A program made the position numbers and the translations under genes. This document shows, piece after piece, positions 17,275 to 27,226 of a stretch of DNA of 31,676 nt. The first letter of the stretch is position 1. The number at the start of each line of letters is the position of its first letter. The notes under the pieces are model-generated. The model searched no databases. It saw only the letters and a list, made by a program, of their open reading frames with translations, and was not told the origin of the DNA. This stretch comes from a virus (Duplodnaviria; Caudoviricetes). Location of the stretch: IMG/VR virus record IMGVR_UViG_3300037307_000067, positions 1 through 31,676 of that record; one strand, 5' to 3'.

Positions 17275-18935
17275 TGCCTCGCATACCAACGACTCCAACG
17301 TACCAGATCGGCCTTGCTCATGTCCAGCGGGCCGTGCCGGTTGACGTATCAAGCCCGGCAACTTTCATGCCGTGGGCTACACAGATAGCCAATGCGGGAG
17401 ACATGGTTGCCCGCAGGGGCGAGCAGCTGTTGCAAGAATATGACGCCACGCGGGCCTACGGGGCCTACAACAGGCTCCGAGACGAAAGCCGTGTCAAGGT
17501 GGCCGAGCTTTTACAGCGCGAGGGCGTAGACGCCCAGGGAGCGCAGCAGGAATACGACGAGTGGCACAAAAGCGCGTTCAGCCGGGTGTTGAAGGACAAT
17601 CTCACCTCCGGGCAGCAGCGCGACATTTACCAGCGGCTATCCGACCAGCGGCGGCAGGGGGATCTTGACCAGCTGGCGCACCATGAGGCGCAGCAGCATT
17701 CGGCCTACAAAAAGCAGGTCATTGAGGGCATGGCGGCCACCATCGACCGGGACATCCAGGCGATAGCCTTTGATGACGGCAAGGTGGACGGCATGATCGC
17801 CGATCACTTCATGGCGCTGGATGGCCTGTACCCTGGCCGCGACCTGACGGCTGAGAAAACGGTCAGGCTTGAGCGGTTCAGAACCACCCAGGCGCAGGAA
17901 ATCATCGACAAAAACCCGAAATACGCGGCGGCGTGGCTTGAGGAAAAGAAGCCCGAGCTTGGCGATAAATATTACCAGCTGAAAAAACTGCTGGAGTCAA
18001 AGGCAGCCGACAACAAACTGTCGCTTGCCTACGACACGCTTTACACGCGGTTCGGCAGCAACCACGAAGCGGCGATGTCCTGGCTGGCGAAGCCTGACAA
18101 CCAGACCGCCCTCGGGCTTGATTTCAAGGAAGTCAACCAGCTTCACAGCCGGTTTAGCCAGTTGCTCGCAGACCGCGAGCGGATCGAGCGCATAGGCCGC
18201 GATAATCTGGAGCAGCAGCAGAAAGCCAACTCTGCTGCCGTGTTGCAGTCCCTTTACAACCCCGCAGCCCCTAAGCTCGATGTCCACAAACTCCATGCAG
18301 AGCGCAAAATAGACAACGCCACCTACGAACACGCGATTAAGGCCAGGGAGTCAACGGTGGTGGACAACCCCTGGACGATCAGCGAGCTTCACGATCAGGT
18401 CGAGCGCGGCCAGGATATCACGGAACAGCTGCGGACAGCCGTGGAGGCCGGGCAGCTTTCCGGGAAGACCGCCGCCTCGCTTGGGAAACATGCAGTTGAC
18501 GAGAAAAGCAAGCGGGCCATGCAGTACATCGACCGCGCCTTGAGGCCGTCCGAGGCTGACAAATGGAGCCCTGACAAGCACCTGAAATATGCCGACGCCA
18601 CCCGGCTTTATTACGCGAAGATTGCTGGCGGTACGGATTACGAGCAGGCGGCCTACGAGGTGGTGAAGGGATATATCGACAACGTGAGGCGCACGGTCAA
18701 GATGCTTCCAACCCCGGAGGGCCTGACCAGCGAGCAGAAAACGGACCTGACGGCTTTGGAGCAGGCGAAGCAGGCCACCGCTGAAAAGTTCAGATCCGGC
18801 AGGCTCACGCCCGACGTTTACCGTGAGCAGATGAACGCCTTGGATAACCTAATCAAAATTGCGGTCGAGCAGCAGCAGGCGGGGGAGATGGACGCCGAGC
18901 TTGAGGCGATAAGAAAGAAAAAGGTTCAGAAGTAG
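17274..18935 (+). CDS. Internal virion (ejection) protein, gp15-like
   Basis: MPRIP start, all-helical 553 aa, precedes the large ejection protein. Confidence 0.72.
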   Translation: MPRIPTTPTYQIGLAHVQRAVPVDVSSPATFMPWATQIANAGDMVARRGEQLLQEYDATRAYGAYNRLRDESRVKVAELLQREGVDAQGAQQEYDEWHKSAFSRVLKDNLTSGQQRDIYQRLSDQRRQGDLDQLAHHEAQQHSAYKKQVIEGMAATIDRDIQAIAFDDGKVDGMIADHFMALDGLYPGRDLTAEKTVRLERFRTTQAQEIIDKNPKYAAAWLEEKKPELGDKYYQLKKLLESKAADNKLSLAYDTLYTRFGSNHEAAMSWLAKPDNQTALGLDFKEVNQLHSRFSQLLADRERIERIGRDNLEQQQKANSAAVLQSLYNPAAPKLDVHKLHAERKIDNATYEHAIKARESTVVDNPWTISELHDQVERGQDITEQLRTAVEAGQLSGKTAASLGKHAVDEKSKRAMQYIDRALRPSEADKWSPDKHLKYADATRLYYAKIAGGTDYEQAAYEVVKGYIDNVRRTVKMLPTPEGLTSEQKTDLTALEQAKQATAEKFRSGRLTPDVYREQMNALDNLIKIAVEQQQAGEMDAELEAIRKKKVQK

Positions 18936-19102
18936 GGCGGCAGGCTAAGCCCGGTCCATCTAAGGAACAGGTGAATGGCGATGGCTCCGAACATATACAT
19001 CAGCACCCGGACAAACCACTTGGAGCCTAAGTAAATAGCAAGGGCGATCAGGGCCTCGATTTTCTGTGAATTGGTCACGCTGAAAATTTTAGGATAACTC
19101 AT
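18926..19102 (-). CDS. Putative small antisense membrane protein
   Basis: MSYPKIF...ALIALAIYLGSKWFVRVLMYMFGAIAIHLFLRW; fills the 165-nt gap between ejection genes; start uncertain. Confidence 0.45.
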   Translation of the reverse strand: MSYPKIFSVTNSQKIEALIALAIYLGSKWFVRVLMYMFGAIAIHLFLRWTGLSLPPYF

Positions 19103-22100
19103 GGCAAATGTCAACTTGAAGTGGACTGACAGCGGGGCGCTGGAGCCGGACGAAGACGATGTTTCCGGCAACTACCTTTTGGCTCGCCAGGTGGCGCATG
19201 ATTACCACTCAAGCGCCGTCCAGACATATATCAACGCGGAGAGTGCAGCGCAGCAGGCAGCGGCGGAAGCTGCGAAAGACGAGCAGCAGAAGCTAAGCGA
19301 GGACAAATCCAAAAAGCAGGCCGAAGGAAAGGCGGCTGAATCCGAGTTTGCGGACACCATGATTCAAAGTCTGCAAACGCGCTCTGGCGAGCTTCAACCG
19401 GCGCACGGCGAACCGGCAGCCCCGCCGCTGCAACCCTCCCACACAACGGCACAGACGAAAGCGAAAACAGGACCGGAAACAGCGAACCTTGAGGCCCCGA
19501 TGGTGGACCCGACCCTGGCGGCGGCAGCAGGGGCCGGGGCGGTATTTAAGCTGTCCATGTCGGCGGGCAAGGCCCTGATGCCGTCGCTTGCAAGGGCGTT
19601 GAGCGCGGGTGTTATCAACACCGTCACCGATCTGGTCTATGGCACGTCAGCTGAAGTGGTCGGGGCCGCCTCACCCGAACTGGCCTTGCCGTTCAACATC
19701 GCGGTGGGCCTGCTTGGCGGCATGGCGGTGGAGCCGGCCATTGAGCGCGGCATTATCAAGGCGGCTACGGCGGCGGGGAAGAAACTTGACCCGTCGGCGA
19801 TTGCCGAGCAAGTGCAGTTGATGAAGTCTGTACTTGCGAATGAGGCGGGCATGGTTGAGGTTTGGCACGGCAGCCCGCACCGCTTCGACAAGATGGATAT
19901 CAGCAAGGTCGGCACGGGCGAGGGGGCGCAATCGTTTGGGTATGGACTGTATTTTACGGATAAGAAGGAAATTGCAAAGCATTATACCAACGCGGGGCTT
20001 GGTGATAGTGAGTTGTTGCGGATAGAATATAACGGTAAAAATTATATAGGTGACGAGATAAGCGATGCCCAACTTGCCGCTTTTAAGATTTGGAAAGATG
20101 CAGAATCTGCGGCTGGTGAATTTAAACACAATACGGGGTATTACGCTAAAAAATTTGTTGATACATACGCGACAGAGCCGGGAGTGTCTAAGATAGTCAA
20201 GGAAATGGCTGATGGTAACTTTAAATCGAGTTATATCAAACCAGAAAACATTTACCGCGCCCAGCTATTCCCCGGCAAAGACCCGAGCGAGTACACGTTT
20301 TTGGATTGGTATGAGAAGCCTGATAATAAAGTTATCGACCGCGTAAAACTTCAGGCTAATAAACAGTTTCCGTCAGATGACAATCCCATTTATAAACAAA
20401 TTGTAAAAGAGTTTGAACAAAAACCAGCCCAAAAATGGGAAGCTGTTTTTGATAAAGAAGAAGGGCTATGGTTTCCCGCTGACGAAAATCAATTATACGG
20501 CCAAGGATTTAAAACAAAAAAAGAAGCGCAGAGGAATATTGATTCTGTAAAGTCTGCTTACGAGTTAGACGCACAAACTATTTATAGAAAACTATCAACA
20601 ATTTTAGGCTCAGACAAAGAAGCCTCAGCATTCCTGAAACGCGCCGGTATCGACGGCATCCGCTACCCCACCGAGTCCTTGAGCGGCAAAGGCAAGAAAA
20701 GCGATGCCTTCAACTATGTTGTGTTTGATGACAAGGATGTGCGTCTGGTTGCAAGGGAATCAGGTGGTCAAGTTGATGACCTCACCAAGCAGGCCGTTAT
20801 CGAAGAACTCAACGCCGAAATCGGCAAGCACCCGGTGGAAGATGCTCTAAGGATACTGAAAAGCCAAAAGGGCGAGGTTGTACTACGCCAAGGCGACGAA
20901 ATTAAAACTAAGTTTAAAGCCGCCTACGAGGATGCCAAGGTAAAATCCGGCGGCAGCAGCGTCGAGATTGCGGTGCTTCGTGACAACCTTGGATTGTCTC
21001 AGGCGAAGATGGCCGCACTTCTCAGGAAAGCCTCCAAGGCTGGGGACGTGGTGATGGCTTTGGGAGAGCCTGCCGTGTCGGATGATTTTGTCAAGGGCGG
21101 CATGGTGGACGGAAACCTGCTGGTGCGGGTGGATGACAGCTTTTTTGATAATATCGACAAGTACCTGACGCCGGCGGCTAAGAAACAAACACTGGCTCAA
21201 GCACAAGCATCCGCGTCACAAGCACAAGCGCAAGCACAGGCGGCGCAGGCTGGTGGAGGGCCTAAATCAGGTACACCAAGACCAATAGATGATTTTGTTG
21301 GGCCAGCACCTCCCAACAAGATGCAAGCTAAAGCTGATAAATTCCTTGCCAACACCAACCCCGATATCACGCAGGAGATGGCTGGCAATGTCCGTCTGTG
21401 GGGGGCCGACCTGGAACCCAAGTTTCTAAGCAACATCGAAACTCCTGAAGACATCATGCGGGTGATTAAAGGCACCGACGAGGCTTTTCAGGCAGAGCGG
21501 GAAGTGGCAAGGCGCGGCACCCGGTCCTGGGCCGAAACGGAAGCAGCAGCCAAAAGCCTGAAAATTGAAGACCTCCTTGGGCGCAAAATGGGGCAGGCGT
21601 TGAACGCCGAGCAGGTTGAAAACGCCCGTACCTTGCTTGCCTCATCGTCTGAAACTCTGAAAGGCATGGCGCAGATCGTCAGGTCAGGTCAGGCAAACGA
21701 CCTTCAGAAAGCAGACTTCATGCGGGCGTTCAACACGCATTACGCCATTCAGATGCAGCTTTCGGGTGCCGCCGCCGAGGCAGGCCGGGCGCTTCAAATC
21801 TTCCGCAAGGTAGCTCAGTCGGACGCCTTGCGGGTCGGGCAGATCAGGGATTTCATGGCGGCAAGCGCGGCGAATGGGGTCAGCCCCGAAAAGCTGGCCG
21901 ATGCCCTGGCCACCATGACCACCCCGGCCCAGGTGTCGAATTTCGTAAAGCAGCAGGCGCGGGCAACTTCTTACGATATGTTCCTTGAGGCGTGGATCAA
22001 CGGCCTGCTGTCCGGCCCGGTCACCCATGCCGTGAACACCACCAGCAACTTGCTGACGGCGGTGTGGATGATTCCCGAGCGCACCCTTGCGGCTGGTTTA

Positions 22101-23747
22101 AGCCGTCTGCATGGCGGCGAGATCCGGGGCGGTGAGGTTGCGGCACAGACGTTTGGCCTGGTGGAGGGCTTCAAGGACGGCCTGAAATTGGCCTGGGAGG
22201 CGTTTAAGAAGGGCGAAAGCTCCGACCTGATGGGCAAGATTGAGCAGCAGCAGAACAGGGCCATAACGGCCTCTAATGTAGCGCAGCTGCCGGTTATCAA
22301 GAAGATCGCGCCGAACGCTCTTGAGGCCGGTGGGGTCGCGGCAAGGGCGGTTGATGCCCTTGGTGAAGCGATCCGGGTTCCTGGCCGGTTCCTGACCGCG
22401 GAAGACGAGCTTTTCAAGGCGATTGGATACCGGATGGAGCTGCAGGCCCAGGCGTACCGCAAGGCGGCAAATGAGGGGCTTGAAGGGCGGGCGATGGCTC
22501 AGAGGATGCGGGATATAATCGCCGACCCTCAAAACCTTGCCCCGGAGGTTCACCTGGCGGCGGTCGATGCGGCCCGGTATCAGACGTTCACCAAAGACCT
22601 TGGCCCCGGCGGCAGGGCGATCCAGACGGCGGCAAACAAGATCCCAGGGGCGAAGCTGGTAGTGCCGTTCATCCGCACCCCGGCCAATATTATGAAATTT
22701 GCTTTTGAGCGCACCCCGCTTGCCCCGCTGATGAAATCTGTCCGGAACGATATTGCGGCAGGCGGCGCAAGGCGGGACATGGCCCTTGCCCGCATCTCTA
22801 TGGGGTCAATGGCTATGGGGGTGGTGGCCTCCTACGCCGCCGCCGGAATGATCACAGGCGGCGGGCCGACCGACACGGCGCTGCGTTCGCACCTTTATAA
22901 CACAGGCTGGCAGCCGTACTCGATTAAGGTTGGCGACAAGTATTACAGCTACGGCAGGCTTGAGCCTGTGGGGATGATGATGGGCCTTGCCGCAGATGCC
23001 GTCGAAATCATGGGGGAGCTTGACGAGATCGAATCCGACAAGGTGGCGACAACCATTGTCGCCGCAATCTCCAAGAACGTGATGAGCAAGACCTGGCTGC
23101 GGGGCCTGTCGGAAATGGTGTCGGCGATGGACGATCCCGATCGCTACGGCTCCAAGTACGTCAAGAACCTGGCAGGGACCGCCGTGCCAACCGGAGTCGC
23201 GCAGATCGAGCGCACCCTGTACCCGGAGATTTCCGAGGCCCAGGACGCCCTGGATGCCATCAAGGCGCGGATACCTGGATACTCCAAGGAACTGCCTACC
23301 CGGCACAACCTTTGGGGGGAGAAGATCACCTTCAACGGGGCGCTTGGGCCGGACATTATCTCTCCGATTTTTACCAGCACCGAAAAGGACAGCCCTATCG
23401 ACAGGGAATTGCTCCGCATGAGAGCGCCGATCAGGATGCCAAACCGGACGCAGAGCTTTGAAGGCGTTTCAATCAAGCTGGACCCCTACGAATACGAGGA
23501 GTTCATGGTCCGCATGAACGGCATGAAACTCGATTCGACCGGCAAGACGCTCAAAAAATCGCTGAACGACTTGGTAACCAAGGACAAGGACTACAAGGCG
23601 CTGAAAGACGATGACCAGAAAGAGCGCATGATCCGCGCCCATATCCAGGAGGCCGTTGAAAAGACAAGGGCCGAAATGCTGGAAACCAACAACACCCTCA
23701 GATTGCTTGTCGATGATGAGCACAGGCGGCAGGCAGCCGCACGTTAG
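19101..23747 (+). CDS. Large internal virion/polyvalent protein (ART-PolyVal-like domain, LPD38-like C-terminal region)
   Basis: WHGSPHRFDK...GTGEGAQSFGYGLYFT...AGIDGIRY...NYVVFD; C-terminal PFIRTP, PYSIKVGDKYYSYGRLEP. Confidence 0.85.
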   Translation: MANVNLKWTDSGALEPDEDDVSGNYLLARQVAHDYHSSAVQTYINAESAAQQAAAEAAKDEQQKLSEDKSKKQAEGKAAESEFADTMIQSLQTRSGELQPAHGEPAAPPLQPSHTTAQTKAKTGPETANLEAPMVDPTLAAAAGAGAVFKLSMSAGKALMPSLARALSAGVINTVTDLVYGTSAEVVGAASPELALPFNIAVGLLGGMAVEPAIERGIIKAATAAGKKLDPSAIAEQVQLMKSVLANEAGMVEVWHGSPHRFDKMDISKVGTGEGAQSFGYGLYFTDKKEIAKHYTNAGLGDSELLRIEYNGKNYIGDEISDAQLAAFKIWKDAESAAGEFKHNTGYYAKKFVDTYATEPGVSKIVKEMADGNFKSSYIKPENIYRAQLFPGKDPSEYTFLDWYEKPDNKVIDRVKLQANKQFPSDDNPIYKQIVKEFEQKPAQKWEAVFDKEEGLWFPADENQLYGQGFKTKKEAQRNIDSVKSAYELDAQTIYRKLSTILGSDKEASAFLKRAGIDGIRYPTESLSGKGKKSDAFNYVVFDDKDVRLVARESGGQVDDLTKQAVIEELNAEIGKHPVEDALRILKSQKGEVVLRQGDEIKTKFKAAYEDAKVKSGGSSVEIAVLRDNLGLSQAKMAALLRKASKAGDVVMALGEPAVSDDFVKGGMVDGNLLVRVDDSFFDNIDKYLTPAAKKQTLAQAQASASQAQAQAQAAQAGGGPKSGTPRPIDDFVGPAPPNKMQAKADKFLANTNPDITQEMAGNVRLWGADLEPKFLSNIETPEDIMRVIKGTDEAFQAEREVARRGTRSWAETEAAAKSLKIEDLLGRKMGQALNAEQVENARTLLASSSETLKGMAQIVRSGQANDLQKADFMRAFNTHYAIQMQLSGAAAEAGRALQIFRKVAQSDALRVGQIRDFMAASAANGVSPEKLADALATMTTPAQVSNFVKQQARATSYDMFLEAWINGLLSGPVTHAVNTTSNLLTAVWMIPERTLAAGLSRLHGGEIRGGEVAAQTFGLVEGFKDGLKLAWEAFKKGESSDLMGKIEQQQNRAITASNVAQLPVIKKIAPNALEAGGVAARAVDALGEAIRVPGRFLTAEDELFKAIGYRMELQAQAYRKAANEGLEGRAMAQRMRDIIADPQNLAPEVHLAAVDAARYQTFTKDLGPGGRAIQTAANKIPGAKLVVPFIRTPANIMKFAFERTPLAPLMKSVRNDIAAGGARRDMALARISMGSMAMGVVASYAAAGMITGGGPTDTALRSHLYNTGWQPYSIKVGDKYYSYGRLEPVGMMMGLAADAVEIMGELDEIESDKVATTIVAAISKNVMSKTWLRGLSEMVSAMDDPDRYGSKYVKNLAGTAVPTGVAQIERTLYPEISEAQDALDAIKARIPGYSKELPTRHNLWGEKITFNGALGPDIISPIFTSTEKDSPIDRELLRMRAPIRMPNRTQSFEGVSIKLDPYEYEEFMVRMNGMKLDSTGKTLKKSLNDLVTKDKDYKALKDDDQKERMIRAHIQEAVEKTRAEMLETNNTLRLLVDDEHRRQAAAR

Positions 23748-23765
23748 CGGCGGAAAGGACCCGGC

Positions 23766-24449
23766 TTGAAGAAAACCGTTTACACCCTGAACATCGACAA
23801 CTACGCGCCCGAGATAAGCGAGATCACGTTTCCGTTTATGAAGGCGTGGGCGCACAAGATCGGTGCGGCCTTCCATGTGATCAGCGAGCGCAAGTTCCCG
23901 CAGTTCGACCCCGGCTACGAGAAAATGCAGATTTTCGAGCTTGGGCGCGAGGCTAAAAACGATTGGAACATCTACCTGGACTCAGACGCCCTGGTGCATC
24001 CCGACATGCTGGACGTGACCACCTACCTCACGAAAGACACCGTGGCGCACAACGGCAAGGACGTGATTGGAAACCGCTACCGGGAAGACAAATACCATTG
24101 GCGGGACGGTCGGCACATTTCAAGCTGCAACTGGTTCACCATCGCATCCGATTGGTGCCTTGATCTCTGGCACCCGCTGGATGACCTGACTCCGGAAGAA
24201 GCGAAAAACAACATCTTTCCGACCGTAAACGAGGTCAAGGGCGGGGTCACCAAGGCGCACCTGATAGACGATTATGTGCTGTCGCGGAACATAGCGCGGT
24301 TCGGACTGAAGTTCGTCACCGTCATCGAAATCCTTAAACTACGGTGCGGCTACGAGGCAAACTTTATGATGCACCACCTCTATGCCATCCCGCTGCAAGA
24401 GAAGATCATCCGCTTGCGGCAGACGTTGGCGGCCTGGGGCCTGACGTGA
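23766..24449 (+). CDS. GT-A fold glycosyltransferase-like protein
   Basis: WAHKIGAAF, EKMQIF, IYLDSDALV (DxD); TTG start after AAAGGA. Confidence 0.72.
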   Translation: MKKTVYTLNIDNYAPEISEITFPFMKAWAHKIGAAFHVISERKFPQFDPGYEKMQIFELGREAKNDWNIYLDSDALVHPDMLDVTTYLTKDTVAHNGKDVIGNRYREDKYHWRDGRHISSCNWFTIASDWCLDLWHPLDDLTPEEAKNNIFPTVNEVKGGVTKAHLIDDYVLSRNIARFGLKFVTVIEILKLRCGYEANFMMHHLYAIPLQEKIIRLRQTLAAWGLT

Positions 24450-24979
24450 AGCCTGAACCATACTCATTTCCGCAACCCGAAATCCACGGATGGATGTCTG
24501 CGGAAGAATTACAATGGCTCTACACCACGGCGATGGGCATGGGAACCATCGTTGAGGTCGGAAGCTGGCGCGGGCGCAGCACCCACGCATTGCTGTCTGG
24601 AACGGACGGACACGTTTACGCCGTCGATACCTGGAAAGGCAGCGTGAATGAAACCGGCGGCGCCCACAGCGATGCCCTGAAGCACAACATTCTCGCGCAG
24701 TTCGTCAACAACCTTGCAGGCTTCAAGAACCTGTCGGTGATCAACCTCGAAAGCATTAGAGCCGCCCGGTGCTTTGACGAGAAATCAATCGACATGGTTT
24801 TTATCGACGGCTGCCACCTGAAAGAGGCTGTGATCGAAGACCTGAAGGCGTGGATGCCGGTTTGCAAGAAGCTTCTTTGCGGACACGACTTTGAAATGCC
24901 GGAAGTTAAAATCGCTCTCGGTACACTTGAAATCGAGGTTGAAAACCCTGTCGGGCGCATTTGGGCCAAACATCTTTAA
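24446..24979 (+). CDS. Class I SAM-dependent methyltransferase (Methyltransf_24-like)
   Basis: VEVGSWRGRST, AVDTW, IDMVFIDGCH, CGHD; GTGA coupling. Confidence 0.9.
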   Translation: MKPEPYSFPQPEIHGWMSAEELQWLYTTAMGMGTIVEVGSWRGRSTHALLSGTDGHVYAVDTWKGSVNETGGAHSDALKHNILAQFVNNLAGFKNLSVINLESIRAARCFDEKSIDMVFIDGCHLKEAVIEDLKAWMPVCKKLLCGHDFEMPEVKIALGTLEIEVENPVGRIWAKHL

Positions 24980-24992
24980 AGAAAGGGATTGT

Positions 24993-25937
24993 ATGAGATC
25001 GCTTGTGTCGATGGACACCATTCAAATAGAGATCACCAACCATTGCATCTACAGCTGCGCGAACTGCACCCGGTTCTGCCCGCAGCTGAAAAAACCGTTT
25101 TTCATGGGATGGGAGCAGTTCAAGCAGGCCGTTGACTCTATGGTGGGATACCCAAAAATGACCGGGATCATGGGCGGGGAGCCGCTGCTGCACCCGGAGT
25201 TCGAGAAGTTCTGCGACTACCTTGTAAGCAAGATACCGCAGGCGCAGCTGGGGCTGTGGACAACGCTTCCCAAAGGGTTTGAAAAGTACAGGGAAGTCAT
25301 TTGCCGCACCTTCAAGCACATCTTCGTCAACGACCACAGCCGCGCCGACATTTACCATCAGCCGCCGCTTGTAGCCGTGTCGGAGATCATCAAAGACCCC
25401 GGAGAGATGTGGCTGGCGATAAACGCCTGCTGGGCGCAGGAGTCATGGAGCGCGAGCATCAATCCTCGCGGGGCCTGGTTCTGCGAAATCGCGGCGGCAA
25501 TGGCGATGCTGTTTGAAGAGGGCGAAGGCTGGACGGTCGAGCGCGGATGGTGGTGGAAAATCCCGAAGGACTTTGCCTCTCAGATGGAGCAATTTTGCCC
25601 ACGGTGTGGGTTTGCCGCGCCGATAGGCTTGCGAAGCTCGGTTGAAGACGTAGACGATATTTCGCCCTGCAACTTTGAACTTCTAAAGGACCGGGTCCGC
25701 AGTCCGCAGCGGTTCAAGATCCATGACTTGCAGCCGGTCAGAAAAGACTGCAACCCGCCGATGGCAGCCTACAAGGACATGAACTACCGTCAGCGGATCG
25801 CGGCACGGTACGGCATGGGGCTTTTCATCAACGACCAGCACTTTTGGAGCCCGTATCTGTCGGATGGGAAAGTGCCTGCGGCGGTGAACATCTACGAAGA
25901 CTATAAGGAAAGGTTCGGCACATGCGCTACCTCGTAA
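24993..25937 (+). CDS. Radical SAM enzyme
   Basis: EITNHCIYSCANC (CxxxCxxC), MGGEPLLHP, additional C-terminal cysteines (CW...FC...CPRCG). Confidence 0.92.
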   Translation: MRSLVSMDTIQIEITNHCIYSCANCTRFCPQLKKPFFMGWEQFKQAVDSMVGYPKMTGIMGGEPLLHPEFEKFCDYLVSKIPQAQLGLWTTLPKGFEKYREVICRTFKHIFVNDHSRADIYHQPPLVAVSEIIKDPGEMWLAINACWAQESWSASINPRGAWFCEIAAAMAMLFEEGEGWTVERGWWWKIPKDFASQMEQFCPRCGFAAPIGLRSSVEDVDDISPCNFELLKDRVRSPQRFKIHDLQPVRKDCNPPMAAYKDMNYRQRIAARYGMGLFINDQHFWSPYLSDGKVPAAVNIYEDYKERFGTCATS

Positions 25938-26854
25938 CAGGCGGCAGCGGATTCATAGGCTCTCACCTTTGCGAAGCCCTGGTCACGGCAGGGCATGAGG
26001 TTGTCTGCTTTGATTCAAACGTGATCGGCAGGGAGGAAAACATCCTGCACCTTCAGAAGTTCAAGAACTTCTATTTCGACACCTTTGACGTTTGCCACGG
26101 CTTCGACTGCGGGCCGGTGGATGGAATCTTTCACCTGGCAAGCCCCACGGCACCGGCTGAAACCTACAAACACGCGGCCATGACCCTTGAGGTGAACAGC
26201 AACGCAACCATCCGCCTGCTGAACCTTGCCGAAAAGCACAGCGCGAAATTCCTGTTTGCCTCCTCGGTCAAGGTCAAAGACCGCGTGAATTTCGGCTCAA
26301 CCTACATTCAGGGAAAGATTCTTGGTGAAAGCTTTTGCGACAACGGATGGGCCAAGGTCGCCAGGATGGGAAACGTGTACGGCCCGCGCATGGCCGCTGA
26401 TGACAGCCGGGTGATTCCGACCTTTTGCCGGAACATCCGCGACGGGAAGTTTTTGAGCGTATGGGGCGACGGCAGCCAGATCGACAGCTTTTGCTACATA
26501 GATGACATCGTGCGCGGGCTTGTGGCGTTCATGGAGTCGGACCATTTCGGTGTGATCGAGTTCGGCAACCCCAACGGGATAACAATCCTTAATCTTGCCT
26601 ATGAAACCATCAAAGCTGTCGGCGTTGATATACCGATTTGTTTCGATCAGCCCGGCGGGGCCTCGGTGGTGGTGTGCAACAACGCCTCCTACAGCAACAA
26701 CCGCACGGCGGCGGCGTTGATCGACAAGGACCGCAAAGTGCCGAACATCCAGCGGGCCGTGCAGTTGCTTAACTGGACCCCGCAAGTGGGTCTTGGCACA
26801 GGAATAAAAAAGACGTTTGAATATTATCAAAGCCTTGGAGGGCCAGTACAATGA
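25922..26854 (+). CDS. NAD-dependent epimerase/dehydratase, UDP-glucuronate decarboxylase-like
   Basis: VTGGSGFIGSHL, HLASP, YIQGK (YxxxK), NVYGPRM, GDGSQ..SFCYIDD. Confidence 0.88.
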   Translation: MRYLVTGGSGFIGSHLCEALVTAGHEVVCFDSNVIGREENILHLQKFKNFYFDTFDVCHGFDCGPVDGIFHLASPTAPAETYKHAAMTLEVNSNATIRLLNLAEKHSAKFLFASSVKVKDRVNFGSTYIQGKILGESFCDNGWAKVARMGNVYGPRMAADDSRVIPTFCRNIRDGKFLSVWGDGSQIDSFCYIDDIVRGLVAFMESDHFGVIEFGNPNGITILNLAYETIKAVGVDIPICFDQPGGASVVVCNNASYSNNRTAAALIDKDRKVPNIQRAVQLLNWTPQVGLGTGIKKTFEYYQSLGGPVQ

Positions 26855-27210
26855 AAAAGCTTATCGTTGCCGCAATTCTTCTTTTCTCTTTCGCCGCGTT
26901 TGCCTTTCAGCCTGAAGAGTGGATGGAGCAAACAGCGACCTTGACGGCTGACGCCGCCGCTGTGTCCGGTGCCGGATACATTTACGGCATTGTCTTTGTC
27001 ACGGACGGGACCAACGCTCCCACCTTTGTTGTGTACGACAACACGGCGGCCAGCGGGACAAAGATTGTGCCTGATTTGCCGCTGTCGGCAACCCCGAGGG
27101 TACAGACGCTATCATTTGATCCGGCGGTTGCTTTTAATAACGGAGTTTATGTTGACCTGACGCTTGGCGGCGGGTCGGTTGCTTACATGGTTTATTACAG
27201 GTCAAAGTAA
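26851..27210 (+). CDS. Small beta-sandwich protein with signal peptide
   Basis: MKKLIVAAILLFSFAAFA signal; VYDNTAASGT...FNNGVYV motif of small phage structural proteins. Confidence 0.75.
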   Translation: MKKLIVAAILLFSFAAFAFQPEEWMEQTATLTADAAAVSGAGYIYGIVFVTDGTNAPTFVVYDNTAASGTKIVPDLPLSATPRVQTLSFDPAVAFNNGVYVDLTLGGGSVAYMVYYRSK

Positions 27211-27226
27211 AAGGAGTAGCCGGAAA

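Noticed and set aside
21195-21250. GCACAA-type short tandem repeats
   Set aside because: They encode an AQAQ low-complexity linker; no spacers, so not CRISPR.
17274-23747. Virion-associated lytic transglycosylase in the ejection proteins
   Set aside because: Looked for ES...GLMQ-type motifs and could not identify any.
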